The notes under the pieces: model-generated | What the model saw: only the letters and a program-made list of their open reading frames with translations | The model's database searches: none | What the model was told of the DNA's origin: nothing | Part shown: in pieces, positions 11,701 to 24,200 of the stretch | How the letters are laid out: every line of letters begins with the position of its first letter | Numbering within the stretch: position 1 is the stretch's first letter | NCBI GenBank assembly: GCA_951406725.2 | Contig: OX597818.1 | Location: 16,058,001-16,122,000 of the forward strand | Reading direction: 5' to 3' | DNA length: 64,000 nucleotides | Origin: Octopus vulgaris | Lineage: Eukaryota | Translations under genes and position numbers: made by a program

Positions 11701-14649
11701 ATTAATATTGGCCAAGACACAACAAAATTTGTTTCAACAGATGAATTCACATAAAGTATCTTGCTAACCAAATACAAAAATGAAATAAAATCAAGTAAAA
11801 TAAGATAAATAAAAGGTTTTGTTTCTTTTAAAGTACATTTCCTATGGTTACTCAATAATTTTAGATTATTTTAATGAGATAAGTGAATATAGACTGTCAT
11901 AAAATCAGTACAAATGTATTGCAATTGACATAAATCTTATATTTCATCTCAGGTTACAACTGGTGGTACTGAAAGTATAATGTTAGCCTGCCTAGCTTAC
12001 AGAAACAGAGCCTACAGCAAAGGCATAAAAATTCCTGAGATGTAAGTAAACTGGCATTTGAAAATAAATTTTACACTTGGGTATGGTCATATTTTGCCAA
12101 TTAAACACTTTGCGTATCACTTCAAGTTGGGATAGAGAGTTGCTGAAGATGTCACAGGATGTCTGAGAAAAGAGCTTAGACAAAGATACTAAAATAATAA
12201 TAATAGTGTGTATTTAAATGGCAATATGTGACCATCCCAAAATACAACAATATCTGTTTCAACACATGAATTCACATCAGGGATCTTGCAAAACAAATAC
12301 ATGAACATAATGGGGTTTTATTTGTATCTTTTAGATGAATTTTAAAAAATTCAATTACATTTGTGTAAAGAAATAGGTTTGGCTTATGTGCTGCTAATAG
12401 TTTTATTCTTTCATAAACCAGAGCTGGATTGAAAAATTATGTTAGACAATTATGTTAGACTACACTCAGGGAGTGGTTGGCGTTAGGAAGGGCATCCAGC
12501 CGTAGAAACACTGCCAGATCTGACTGGGCCTGATGAAGCCTTCCAGCTTCACAGACCCCAGTTGAACTGTCCAACCCATGCTAGCATGGAGAACGGACGC
12601 TAAATGATGATGATGATGATGATGATGAATCATGATATTATGAGTGACATAAAGGGCTGCATGTAGCATAAGTACCACTGTTTGCCCATACCTGGTTTTT
12701 ATGAACCCAAACTTGACACGTGATCAAAACTAAAATCACAACCCCTGGCATAGAGGCTGGTGGGCTTTGCTGGCTTACAGGTATAAAACCCTCAGCCCCC
12801 TGTTCTACATTCTGGCATCAATAATGAAAATCAGTCAGCAAAAGTAGTCATTTAATGTTGATGTCATTCTATTTTTGTTCATTGTCAACTCTAGTCAAGC
12901 AAGGTTATGGAGCAAAACTGTTCCAGCTCATGACCATCCTCCCTTTTTGTCTGTTGTGTTTTTCTTCTTTTTGGATGTTTAGGGTGCAATATGAGGGCAG
13001 AAATAGCTGCCATTTCTAGCATGTAGTGCAGATATTGGCATCCTTTTTTACAGTAAGCAAATCTTAAAAGACATTGCCATCTTAAACTGAACCATACAAA
13101 AGGCAAACGCCTTCTTTGATAGCTCTGGGACGATCAAAGCCTTGTGAGTGGATTTGATAAATGAAAATTAAAAGAAGCTAATCCTATATCATCATCATCA
13201 TCAGCATCGTTTAACGTCCGCTTTCCATGCTAGCATGGGTTGGATGATTTGACTGAGGTCTGGTGAACCAGATGGCTGCACCAGGCTCCAATCTGATCTG
13301 GCAGAGTTTCTACAGCTGGATGTCCTTCCTAACGCCAACTACTCCGAGAGTGTAGTGGGTGCTTTTACGTGCCACCGGCATGAGGGCCAGTCAGGCAGTA
13401 CTGGCAACGGCCACACTCATATGGTGCTTTTTATGTGCCACCAGCACAGGAGCCAGTCCAACGGCACTGGCAACGACCGCGCTCGAATGTTTTTTCACAT
13501 GCCACCAGCACAGGTGCCAGTGAGGCGATGCAGATAACGACCATGCTCGAACAGTGCTTTTTATGTGCCACCGACACAGAAGCCAGTTTGTTGCTCTGGC
13601 TATATATATATATTCAAATATGTATTAAAAGTAGCACTAGTGTTGTAAATATTATTGAACACATACTCAATCTATGTACATTGCTTGTTCACTGGTAGGC
13701 TGCAATTTGGTGCAGTGGAAATGACTCCATCAAAGCACCGGGTGTTAAAACACCTGAAAGTCATAGACAGGTGAGATGACTCACCCTAAATCTAAATGTT
13801 TCCCCCTTATAAACTGCCATTGGCAGGACAATGCTCTGGCACAGTAGAATCTTCATATGGTTGCAAGTCAAACTGTAGGTTCAGATCTTTTTCATTTCTC
13901 TGAACACTGCTGTTGCATGCTCAGTTCTGGAGTTGATATCTGCCTCAGAACTCCACTCAGCAGCAATATTGATGTCTCCAGTAGGTTCTTTATTCACAAG
14001 GTTTGCCCACTTATTTTCTATAGATTAAAGTTTAGTGTTTATCATTTTTTCTAGATCATACTATCTTTACTTAAATAAAAACGAAGAAAAAAATTGATTG
14101 AGAGAGCATGGAAAATTAACAAGAGAGAAAGAAATTAAATTGTTCAAACTTCCATAGCTGGATTGAAAAATTAAGTTAGACAATCATGATATGAGTGACA
14201 TAAAGGGCTGCATGCAGCATAAATTCCATGTGTTGCCCATGCCTGGTGTTATAAACCCAAATTCGACACGTGATCAAAACTAAAATCACAACACCTGGCA
14301 TAGAGGCTGGTGGGTTTTGCTGGCTTACAGTAGTTTAATTGATATAGCATATTGATAAATTGCTTGGACTTTCTCTGCATTAGAAACTGTTTTAGAAATT
14401 CTGAAGCATATAGAACTGTTTATACATTCACACACATGAGGGAGTGCTGAAACGTTCCTGGTTTTAAGGATATCATGAAAGATCTGGCTGGAGGCTCAAC
14501 CTTCCAAATTCTTTTACAGGGCTTAGAACAACTGAAGGATCACTGCAATAAGTGTATGAATCTGAGAGGGGAATATGTTGAATAAAATAATGATTAACTG
14601 ATCCTCCTGTATTTCTTTTACCAGGAACTTTTCACCAGCCCCTTATACG

Positions 14650-14687
<38 letters not shown>

Positions 14688-17600
14688 ATATATATATATC
14701 ATCATCATCATCGTTTAACGTCCGTTTTCCATGCTAGCATGGGTTGGACGGTTTGACCAGTGTCTGGGAAGTCAGGAGGCTGCACCAGGCTCCAGTCTGA
14801 TCTGGCAGTGTTTCTACAGCTGGATGTCCTTCCTAATGTCAACCACTCCATGAGTGTAGTGGGTGCTTTTTACATAAACACAAATATGTGTGTTGTTTGT
14901 TTCCAGTCTCCTGGCCATAGAAAACATTACCTTGCTTGGAATCAGGTGAGGGTTGCCATCAGAAAGGGCGTTCAGCTGTTGTAATTCTGCTTCAACAAAT
15001 TCTTTTTCACCTATGCAAGCAAGGCAAAGGAGACATCAGTGATGATGATGATATATATATTTATAAACATGTCATCTTAGCTGAGTCCCTCTTCCTCACA
15101 TATCAGTTTTGTACAGTGAGAAGCTATGTCGTCTCTCATACTTATAGACAAGTGGGCGTAATAAATGTAACAATATATGGACTACTTTGAACCAGTAACT
15201 AATACTCTTATTTACCTGCAAAATTTAGATATTCAGAATAACCATTGTTAAATTACACAATGTAACACATGTTTTGTTTATTTGTATTTTTTAATGTTCA
15301 TATATGCATTTTTTGCCACTAAATTCAAAAATCGCATTCGTTTTGACCTAACATCGATAGTTATATATTTATTCCTAATTTCATATTTGCTCGTTATATT
15401 TGTAACTTTTCTCTCCAGCACTTTGTTGGTTCAATCTATTCTAGTATTGTAAGGATAATTACACAACATTATAGTACTTTTTCATATATTGAAAGATATT
15501 TAAGAAGTATGATATTAGCTAGAAGAAAATGAAACAATAAAACTCTGCACTGTAAATGCCTTGATAACTCTTTTCTTAAGATGAGAAGTGCTTTGACGAT
15601 CGAGATTTTCTGGAGTGTATACCTTCATCTTATCTGACTAGAGACCGTATATAGCAGTATCCCATCGTCCTTGGTATCTTCTTTCCATAGTTGCGACATC
15701 CTGATGAAATCTTTCACCATGCTCCTCACTGACATCACCCAAAAAATCTAGGTGAGAGTGTAAAAAACGAACCTTTAAGGACATACGACTACCCATTTTC
15801 TTGAAGTTTTCAGTAAGCTTTGCTACCAGCTGTTTGTAATTAGGATCCTTGTGATTTCCTAGGAATCCACGAACTACATCATGAAATGCACACCAAGCTT
15901 CTTTTTCAACTTTTGTCAGCGCTCTTTCCAGTTTCTTTGACTTTAACATTGCATTTACTTGGGGCCCAACAAATATGCCACCCTTGATCTTATTCTCAGA
16001 TAGCTTTGGAAACATAAGACAAATTTCTTGAAAAGCTTCTCCTCTAAAATCTAAGGCCTTCACAAACTGTTTTACCTATCTGAGTTTGATATGAAGTGGG
16101 GGTAATAAGATTTTGTTGGAATCTACTAGAGGCTGTTTGAGAACATTTGACATTCCTGACTGCAGTTCCACTCGTGGGGGCCAATGTACTCTCTTGTAAT
16201 GATCATCATCAGCTCTGCTGTCCCATAAGCAAAAGAAACATGAATACTTTGTGTATCCCCCTTGCAATCCAAGCAAGAAGGGAAGCATCTTGAAATCACC
16301 ACAAACATCCCACTTGAACTCAGCATAATTTATTTTGTCAAGAAGTTCTTTGACATTATCGTAATTTTCTTTCTTCTGTATGGAGTGTGCAAGAGGCAAA
16401 GAAGGATATTTATTTCCATTGTGGAGCAACACTGCTTTGAGACTTCATGTTGAGCTATCTACAAACAGTCACCATTCTGGAGAATCATGTATGAGTTCAA
16501 CAGCAGTAAACAATCCTATCACATTGTTACAATAACACAGATCGTTAATATTTTCATAGTAAATTTCAAATTCTTCATGGCGTTTCCAGTACACAGATGT
16601 CTTGCAGTCTTCCCCCAGTAGATTCCATTCCTTCAACCTTGATGAAAGAAGTTCAGCTCCTGACTTAATAAGACCCAGATCCCTTATTAAATCATCTAGC
16701 TCACTCTGATTTGGAAAGTGAGGCTCCAAAGTCATTCTTGGTACGAAAGCTTCCTCCATTTCTTGGCTGCTGCTACTTGTTGACTCTTCAGATGAAATAT
16801 TTTCTGGTGGTAGTGGTATTCGTAAACTGTCATCATGTGGTACAGGTGCTCTAGATGATGGTATGTCTGGATACTGAAGAGCTTGTCTTCCTTTTACTTT
16901 TCTGTACTTAGTCACATCAATCATACAAAAGTAACAGTCATCGTGACGGTTCTTTGGCTCTCTCCATACCCTTGGTATGGCAAAAGGCATTGACCTTCCT
17001 GTACCTCTTAACCATCCTTCTAGAGTAGATCAACAGCTTCTACATAACACATGTGGGTCCCATGGTTTGTCCTGGTCACCCATGGGCATTTCAAAATAGA
17101 GTCTGTACGCTATCCACAATTTGGCACATTTCATGATCTTATGTAATACCTGCTTTTTTCCAATATAATAGCCACACACATAGCAAAATGTATCTGGAGA
17201 ATTTTTACATACTCTAGTAGCCATCCTGAAAGTAGCAGAACGTAGTAATTGGTCTGAAAGAAAAAATTAGACATACATTTAGTAGCGGAACATTATGACA
17301 ATACCGAATATAGAATAACGTTGAAAGTCGACATATTTTTTTAACTGTTGATGATACACAAAATAATTTCATTTTTGGGATCAGCGGAAAAAATGGATTG
17401 ATAAACAATTGAAAAAATACGATAAACAAATTTTTTTTTTGATTAGGCAAATCATTAGGTTGTGTGTCTGATTTTCAGACCTGGTGACATTTGTTTTTGT
17501 TCAAGGCACTTTATTTCATATTGCTTGAGTAAATTCAACCTTGCAACAGATTGGTATCTTGTTCAGCTGGTAGGCTTGTACATTCAGATTTGTAATTCTG

Positions 17601-20600
17601 GATATAATCAGGCATCATGAGTGTGTAGGCTTGAGGTAGACATTTAAAGTGTTAAATTCTTGAATTTTTATTTTAAATTTGTATCCTCTTTCTATAAAAA
17701 ATAATTGCAATTCTAAAATTGATTCAAATAGATTTGGAGATAATTTAATATTAAGTCTATTTTACTTTGCATGACTTATAATGTTTTAAAATTTTTAAAT
17801 TTCAGAATTGCTCCAAAGACTGCTCATGCTGCTTTTGATAAGGTGAGTGCTACTGACCTAAAGATTATTTTTATGATGTTTAATAACTACAATAGAATTT
17901 TGTATTTTCTGGACGCCCCTAAATTTAATTAACTTTTGAGACTATTCTAATTCTTTTAGAAAAAAAAACGTTAAATTTTATTTTCAATATTTTACATATT
18001 TTTCAAAAATGATTTTGTTATTTAGTGCGATTTTAATTGCCAAAAATGAATTTTAAAAAGTATCTTTTTATTTTAACCATAATGTCCAGAATGACAAAGG
18101 CCTTTTTCCTCTCCACCACTCATTTTATTTCATTAATTGCTAAAACTAGATAAATCAGACTGTACCATTATTATAAAAAAGCTTAAAAGCTACTTTATAA
18201 TAAAGATGCGGACTTTTAAGCTAGCTCCTGTGGAGGGATTATTGGGCTTGCAGCCCCAAACTAAAGGGAGCTAAGTAGCATGACTATAATACATCTATAA
18301 GTACTATATGCCCTGGTGATGTCTGATCAGAGGTTAAGGACGGATGATTAATTCTGTAATACAGTCATTCTATTGTTCCAGTCCCGAATTGAATTCCAGC
18401 TGTTGGCTTATTTGACCCAAATTCTTATCCCAACATAAAATTGACGAGGCAAATGTCATTTATCCCCCACTTGATGTGTGATGTCATCTGACAAACGCCA
18501 CCAAAATGGTGTGAATCAGCCAATCTTTACCTGCTAGAAGTAGCAACCCAAATCCTTTTAAATTAGAGCCCAATACTGGATGTTCAATAACCAAATGAAG
18601 GACAGATTTTTAATCCTGACGTCATCCCTGGTTCCAAAAAGGTATAATATGTCTATGTAGATCAAACGTAGACTGAGATTCAGTGTCCCAGATAGACAAA
18701 CAATTTCACTTTTATTATAATAGATAAGGACAGTAGATTTTCAAAATAACCTTTAGTTACCTCCCTTTACATTTTAAATTCAAATCTTGTGGAAGACTGT
18801 CTTCCACTTCTCATTGGTTGATTAAATTAGTACCAGTGATGTACTTGGGTTGAATGAATTGATTTCACTCATCTCCAGATATTACACTGTACTTACCTTA
18901 TTGACCTTGAAAAGATGAAAATAGGTTTACTAATATTTTTTGATGGTTTAATGTCCATGCATAATTAGGTAGGTTGAATGTGCAAGCACCTACTCAGGTT
19001 TACTTTTTACCTTTACTTGTTTCAATCATTGGACTGTGGCCATGTTGGGGCACCACCTCGAAGAGTTTAACCCTTTCGTTACCAAACCGCCCAAAGCCAC
19101 CCGAAAAAAATTTTGGTTAATGTGACCAAACCGCCCAAACCCGCCCGTATTTACTTATTCATATTTAAATGAGAATATCAGAGCAAATCTCTTTAGTACA
19201 TTCGTGAAAACACGTATTATACTTCATAAACAGTTCATCTACAGTTTTGTACAACAATCGAAGTGTAATTTTAATTCCGTGAATTTTGGGAGATTTTTTT
19301 CCGAAATTTGCTCCTATTGTGTTTTCAAAATTTGTAATTCTGACAAAAAATGGATACGAATTTCATTATATCAAGCAGCGAGTCAGAATTCGAAGGATTT
19401 TCTACTGAAGACCTTGATAAATCTAACTCTATGACTGAAAAAAAAAGCACGTGGTATTTGATAATGAATCTGATGTTTCATTTTCCGAAAGTGAAAACAG
19501 TGAATCCGAGAGCTCCGACAGCGATAAAGAAAATGAATTGGCACCTGAATGGAGTGAAAATTTAAAAACTGTTTCTTTCGGTGATTTTTCTGAAGAAACT
19601 GGACCAAGCCACAGACTTTCCCAGGAGACTATTTCTTAGACTATTTCTTTTTACTTTTTCGAATGAGCCTATTTGAAATCATTGCGGCGGAAACGAACCG
19701 TTACGCTAAATGTAAACAAAGCGAAAGAAAGGATAGTTAGTGGTTTCCCACAACCTTGAATGAAATTAAGACTATTTTGCCATAAATATTATTATGGGTA
19801 TCAGAAAGTTACCCAGAATAACAAATTCTATCGTAAAATTTTGTTGTATACCCAATTGAATATTAGCTAATAACCCATTTTCTATAGCGATGTTTGAACA
19901 AAATTTTAATAATTTTATATTTTGTTGAATTTACCTGTATCTACCTGCAATTAAAGTCACTTTGTGATAAAAATTATAGTATAGAATTGGTTGAGAACAT
20001 TTCATTAAATTATCTTCCAAAAATCAAATTAATATATTGATAATTAAAAAAGTTATAGTTGTTTAATGAAACCAGACTAGATTTATGATTATGTTAGAAA
20101 TTAATTGAAACACATAAGGGGTGTATTTTGGTCAGAAATATAGTAACGAAAGGGTTAATCAAACAAACTGACTCCAGTATTTATTCTTAAGCGTGGTGCT
20201 TATTCTATCAGTGTGTTTTGCTGAACTGTTAAGTTACAGAGATGTAATCAAGCTAACGCTGGTTGTCAAGTGGTGGTACTTAGAGATTAACACAACTCAA
20301 GCACAAAGACATACACAGGTATATTCATCCATCCATCCATCCATATTTATATATATACATACATACATTTATATATACATACATACATACATATATATAT
20401 ATATATGTATGTATGCATATATAAATATATGTGTATATATTTATACACACACACATATATACATACATTCACACACACACACACATATATAAATATATGT
20501 GTATATATTTATACACACACATATATACATACATTCTTACACACACACACACATATATATATGTGTATATATTTATACATACACACACATATATACATAC

Positions 20601-21202
20601 ATAGATTCATACATATATATATATGTACATATTCTTTTATTCTTTTATTTGTTTCAGTCATTTGACTGTGGCCATGCTGGAGCATTACCTTTAGTCAAAC
20701 AAATCGGCCCTGTCACTTATTCTTTGTAAGCCTAGTACTTATCCTATTGGTCTCTTTTGCTGAACTGCTAAGTTAGAGTGACGTAAACACACCAACATCG
20801 GTTGTCAAGTGATGGTTGGGGGACGAACACACACGCGCACACACACACATGCACACACACACACACATATACGATGGGCATCTTTCAGTTTCTGTCTACC
20901 AAATCCACTAACGAGGCTTTGGTCGGCCCGAGGCTATAGTAGAAAAAACTTGCCCAAGGTGCCACACAGTTGGTCTGAACCTGGTACCATATTGTTGGTA
21001 AGCAAGCTACTTAGCACGCCACTCCTATATATATGTATATATATATATATGATGGACTTCTTTCAAGTTTCCATCTACCAAATCCACTAACGAGGCTTTG
21101 GTCGGCCCGAGGCTATAGTAGAAAAAACTTGCCCAAGGTGCCACACAGTTGGTCTGAACCTGGTACCATATTGTTGGTAAGCAAGCTACTTAGCATGCCA
21201 CT

Positions 21203-21238
<36 letters not shown>

Positions 21239-24200
21239 ACTTCTTTCAAGTTTCCATCTACCAAATCCACTCACAAGGCTTTGATCAGCCTTAGACTATA
21301 GTAGAAAATACTTACCCAAGGTGTCATGTAGCGGGACTGAACCCAAGGCCATGTGGTTGGGAAGCAAGCTTCTGAACCATGTACCCAAGCCTTTTGAACT
21401 TACGTTTCATGCACAGTTTTAAATGTTCTTATCATCCATAGAGACCTTGTATGTCTAATCTTAGCCTGAGTATATACATGATAGAAGTTATTACTGGGAT
21501 AAATGAAGTTAATTTCTAGTTACTTCTGAGTATGATGGAATAACTGACTGCATTGCTGGAATAAGTAAATAACATGCTGAGATACCAGAATTAGAAGAAC
21601 ATTGGACTTAGTAACTCTATATGTTTTGAGTTCATTTCCTACCATGGTCCATTTTTATTTTATTGTTTAAGCAGGAGGCAGAACTGTGCCTTTGATCATT
21701 TTCAGGACCTCTGAGAGTGATGTGAGAGAGTGAGTGAGGGAATAAGACTGAGATAGAACCTGAATGCATACAGCTGAATGAACTCTGCTAAAGTTACTCA
21801 GGGGATCAGGGAGTGATGTTCAATTGGTTGATAGACTGAGTCTACTACCCAAGCTGATCATGGTAGGATTTGAACACAACACAAAGAGCTGGAAGGAACA
21901 CTTTGAAGCATCTTGTTTGTCATTCTGGTGATTCTACCAGTTCACTGCCCTAAATTCATTCACCTTTTCAAAAGCAGCATGAACAGTCTTTGGAGCAATT
22001 CTGAAAGTGAAAAATTCTTTAAAATAAATCATACAAAATCAAGTAAAATTAATATTAAATTATCTCCAAATTTATTTAACTTAATTTTAATATAACATGA
22101 TGTCTAGACAAGGGTTCTCTCTCTCTCTCACACACACATGTCCAACAAAGTGTACGAATGTGTAGACACCAGAAGGTTTAAAAGCAAAGTTGATCCCAAT
22201 GGGATTGAACTCAGAATGAAAGGAATCAGAATAAATACTACAAGGCATTTCATGATATTTTAATAACTTTAGTAGTTCATTACTGATTAGAGATTTCTGT
22301 ATGTATTTTGGTTAGGATCAAACATACAAGCCTTGAACTGGATAAAAAACGTTGAAATTGTGCATGAAATAAAGTTCTGAAATACAAACATATCCTGATC
22401 AGTAAAAAAATATTTTCTTTTTTAAATATTATTTTTGTTGTTTTTGTTAAATCTCATGACTCTCATCCTATCAAAGTCGATAAAATAAGTATCCTTCAAG
22501 GATACTGGGTACTGTGTTTCATAGAACTGACTGTTTCCTCTCTTCATGGAGCTTTCTGCTTATGTTAGCATTCATATTGTTACTGCTTTTAATTATACAT
22601 TCACAGGCTGCTATGGTGTTACGAATGAGGCTTACTCATATTCCAGTAGACCCTGTTACAAAGAAAGTTGATGTTAATGCTATGAAACGAGCCATCAATA
22701 AAAACACATGCCTTGTAAGTATGATTCTAACATTCCATTTTTATATTCATCCATCGATCGTCTCTGTTCACTATTCAGGGAAGGTCTCATGGCTGTAGAG
22801 TCCTCAAGCATCTCCTCCAAAGACCTTCCTGAACAAACTGAGGATGTTGAATCAGAGTGGAGATTGTTTTGTTCAACAGTTTCTTGTTCAGCTGCACAAT
22901 GCTGTGGATGAAAGTGTCAGTGGTAAAAGAACTTCCTGGTTTAACCACAAAGGTAAAAATGCCATCTGAGTAAAGAAGGAGGCTTACAAAGCTTGGCTTT
23001 GAAACAAGTCTCCCCTTTTGTATTAACAGTACATTGTGGTACAAAACGTTGCTGCTAAAACACTAAAGATGTTCAAAGCTAAGTCATAGAAGGACTTTGG
23101 GAAATTGTAGATTGGATTTAAAGTGATTTAGCTTTTCGTTTAGGAATCTATGCAATGTCAGATAAGCTGTAAATATCTAAATACCTCATAAGAACATGAA
23201 GACCATTCAATGTCTGGTGCTTAGCTTCGGTTTCAATGAGCAAGAAGTGGATGAGGGATAAGTCTTCCCACTCTGGATAGGATTCCAGTCTTTCACAGGT
23301 GACATTTGGCTCCTGTTCCTGACTTCTCTGTGACCTACTGAAGAAATGCAGGATTAAAGTGTTTAAAAAAAAAACATAAATTGCCAGTAACCCTTTTTTT
23401 TACTCATAACCTTTGAGCACTTGTAATTTTGTCTTAAATAATGGCAAGCACCTCCTGTCAGTTTGTAAATAAATGTTCATGTGTGAAAACAATCTCTTTA
23501 CTCTGATGTGCATATAATAACATTTTAGATTCTTGATGTTTAGTTCCAGATGACTTCAAATGAGCAAACTTATGATCCAAGGCAATCCAGCCATGACCAT
23601 CTAGTCTTTTGGTCTTAGTCTACCTTGGACTACATAATACAATCCTTCATTTTTTTAACATGGTAGAGTATGATTTGAAAGAGATTTTGTTGATTTTTCT
23701 TGTAGGTTTGATGACCACATAGAGGTTCTTTCATTTAGCTATAGCTGTTGTTGTATAGGTAAGCTTTGACTGACCAGATCTATGACCAAAAGTATTACAG
23801 CATAACCTCTCTCTCTAGATTTTAGTCAGTGTTTCTTAGACATTGTTATTGAATGTGTCCTTCCATTTTAATGATGATATAGTACAATTGAACCTACTTG
23901 TATTTTAACCTGCCCTATCCAGCCCAAATATTCTACCATTTTACTTTCAAACTAGCTAGATCTGGCTTCTCACACCAACCCTACAATGTCATTCTTGAAA
24001 TAAACAATCACATCATCAAAATCTTGATGTTACAAGGTAGTGCATGATTAATTCAAAATAGTATGAATAATTGACTGAGTAATACTAATGCGAAAAGGGT
24101 TACAAGAGTAAAAGGGATTTAGCTGTTTCTTACAGGTTTAGGGCCTCACATAGAGATTCCTTTTTTTTTCACTAAGGTTAAGTCTTTAGAAAAAGAATCT

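Noticed and set aside
20193-20729. Overlapping YI/HT/CV-rich ORFs (also 34903-35284, 38261-38992, 55358-56303)
   Set aside because: They are translations of TA/CA/TG microsatellites that lack stop codons, with no protein-family signal.
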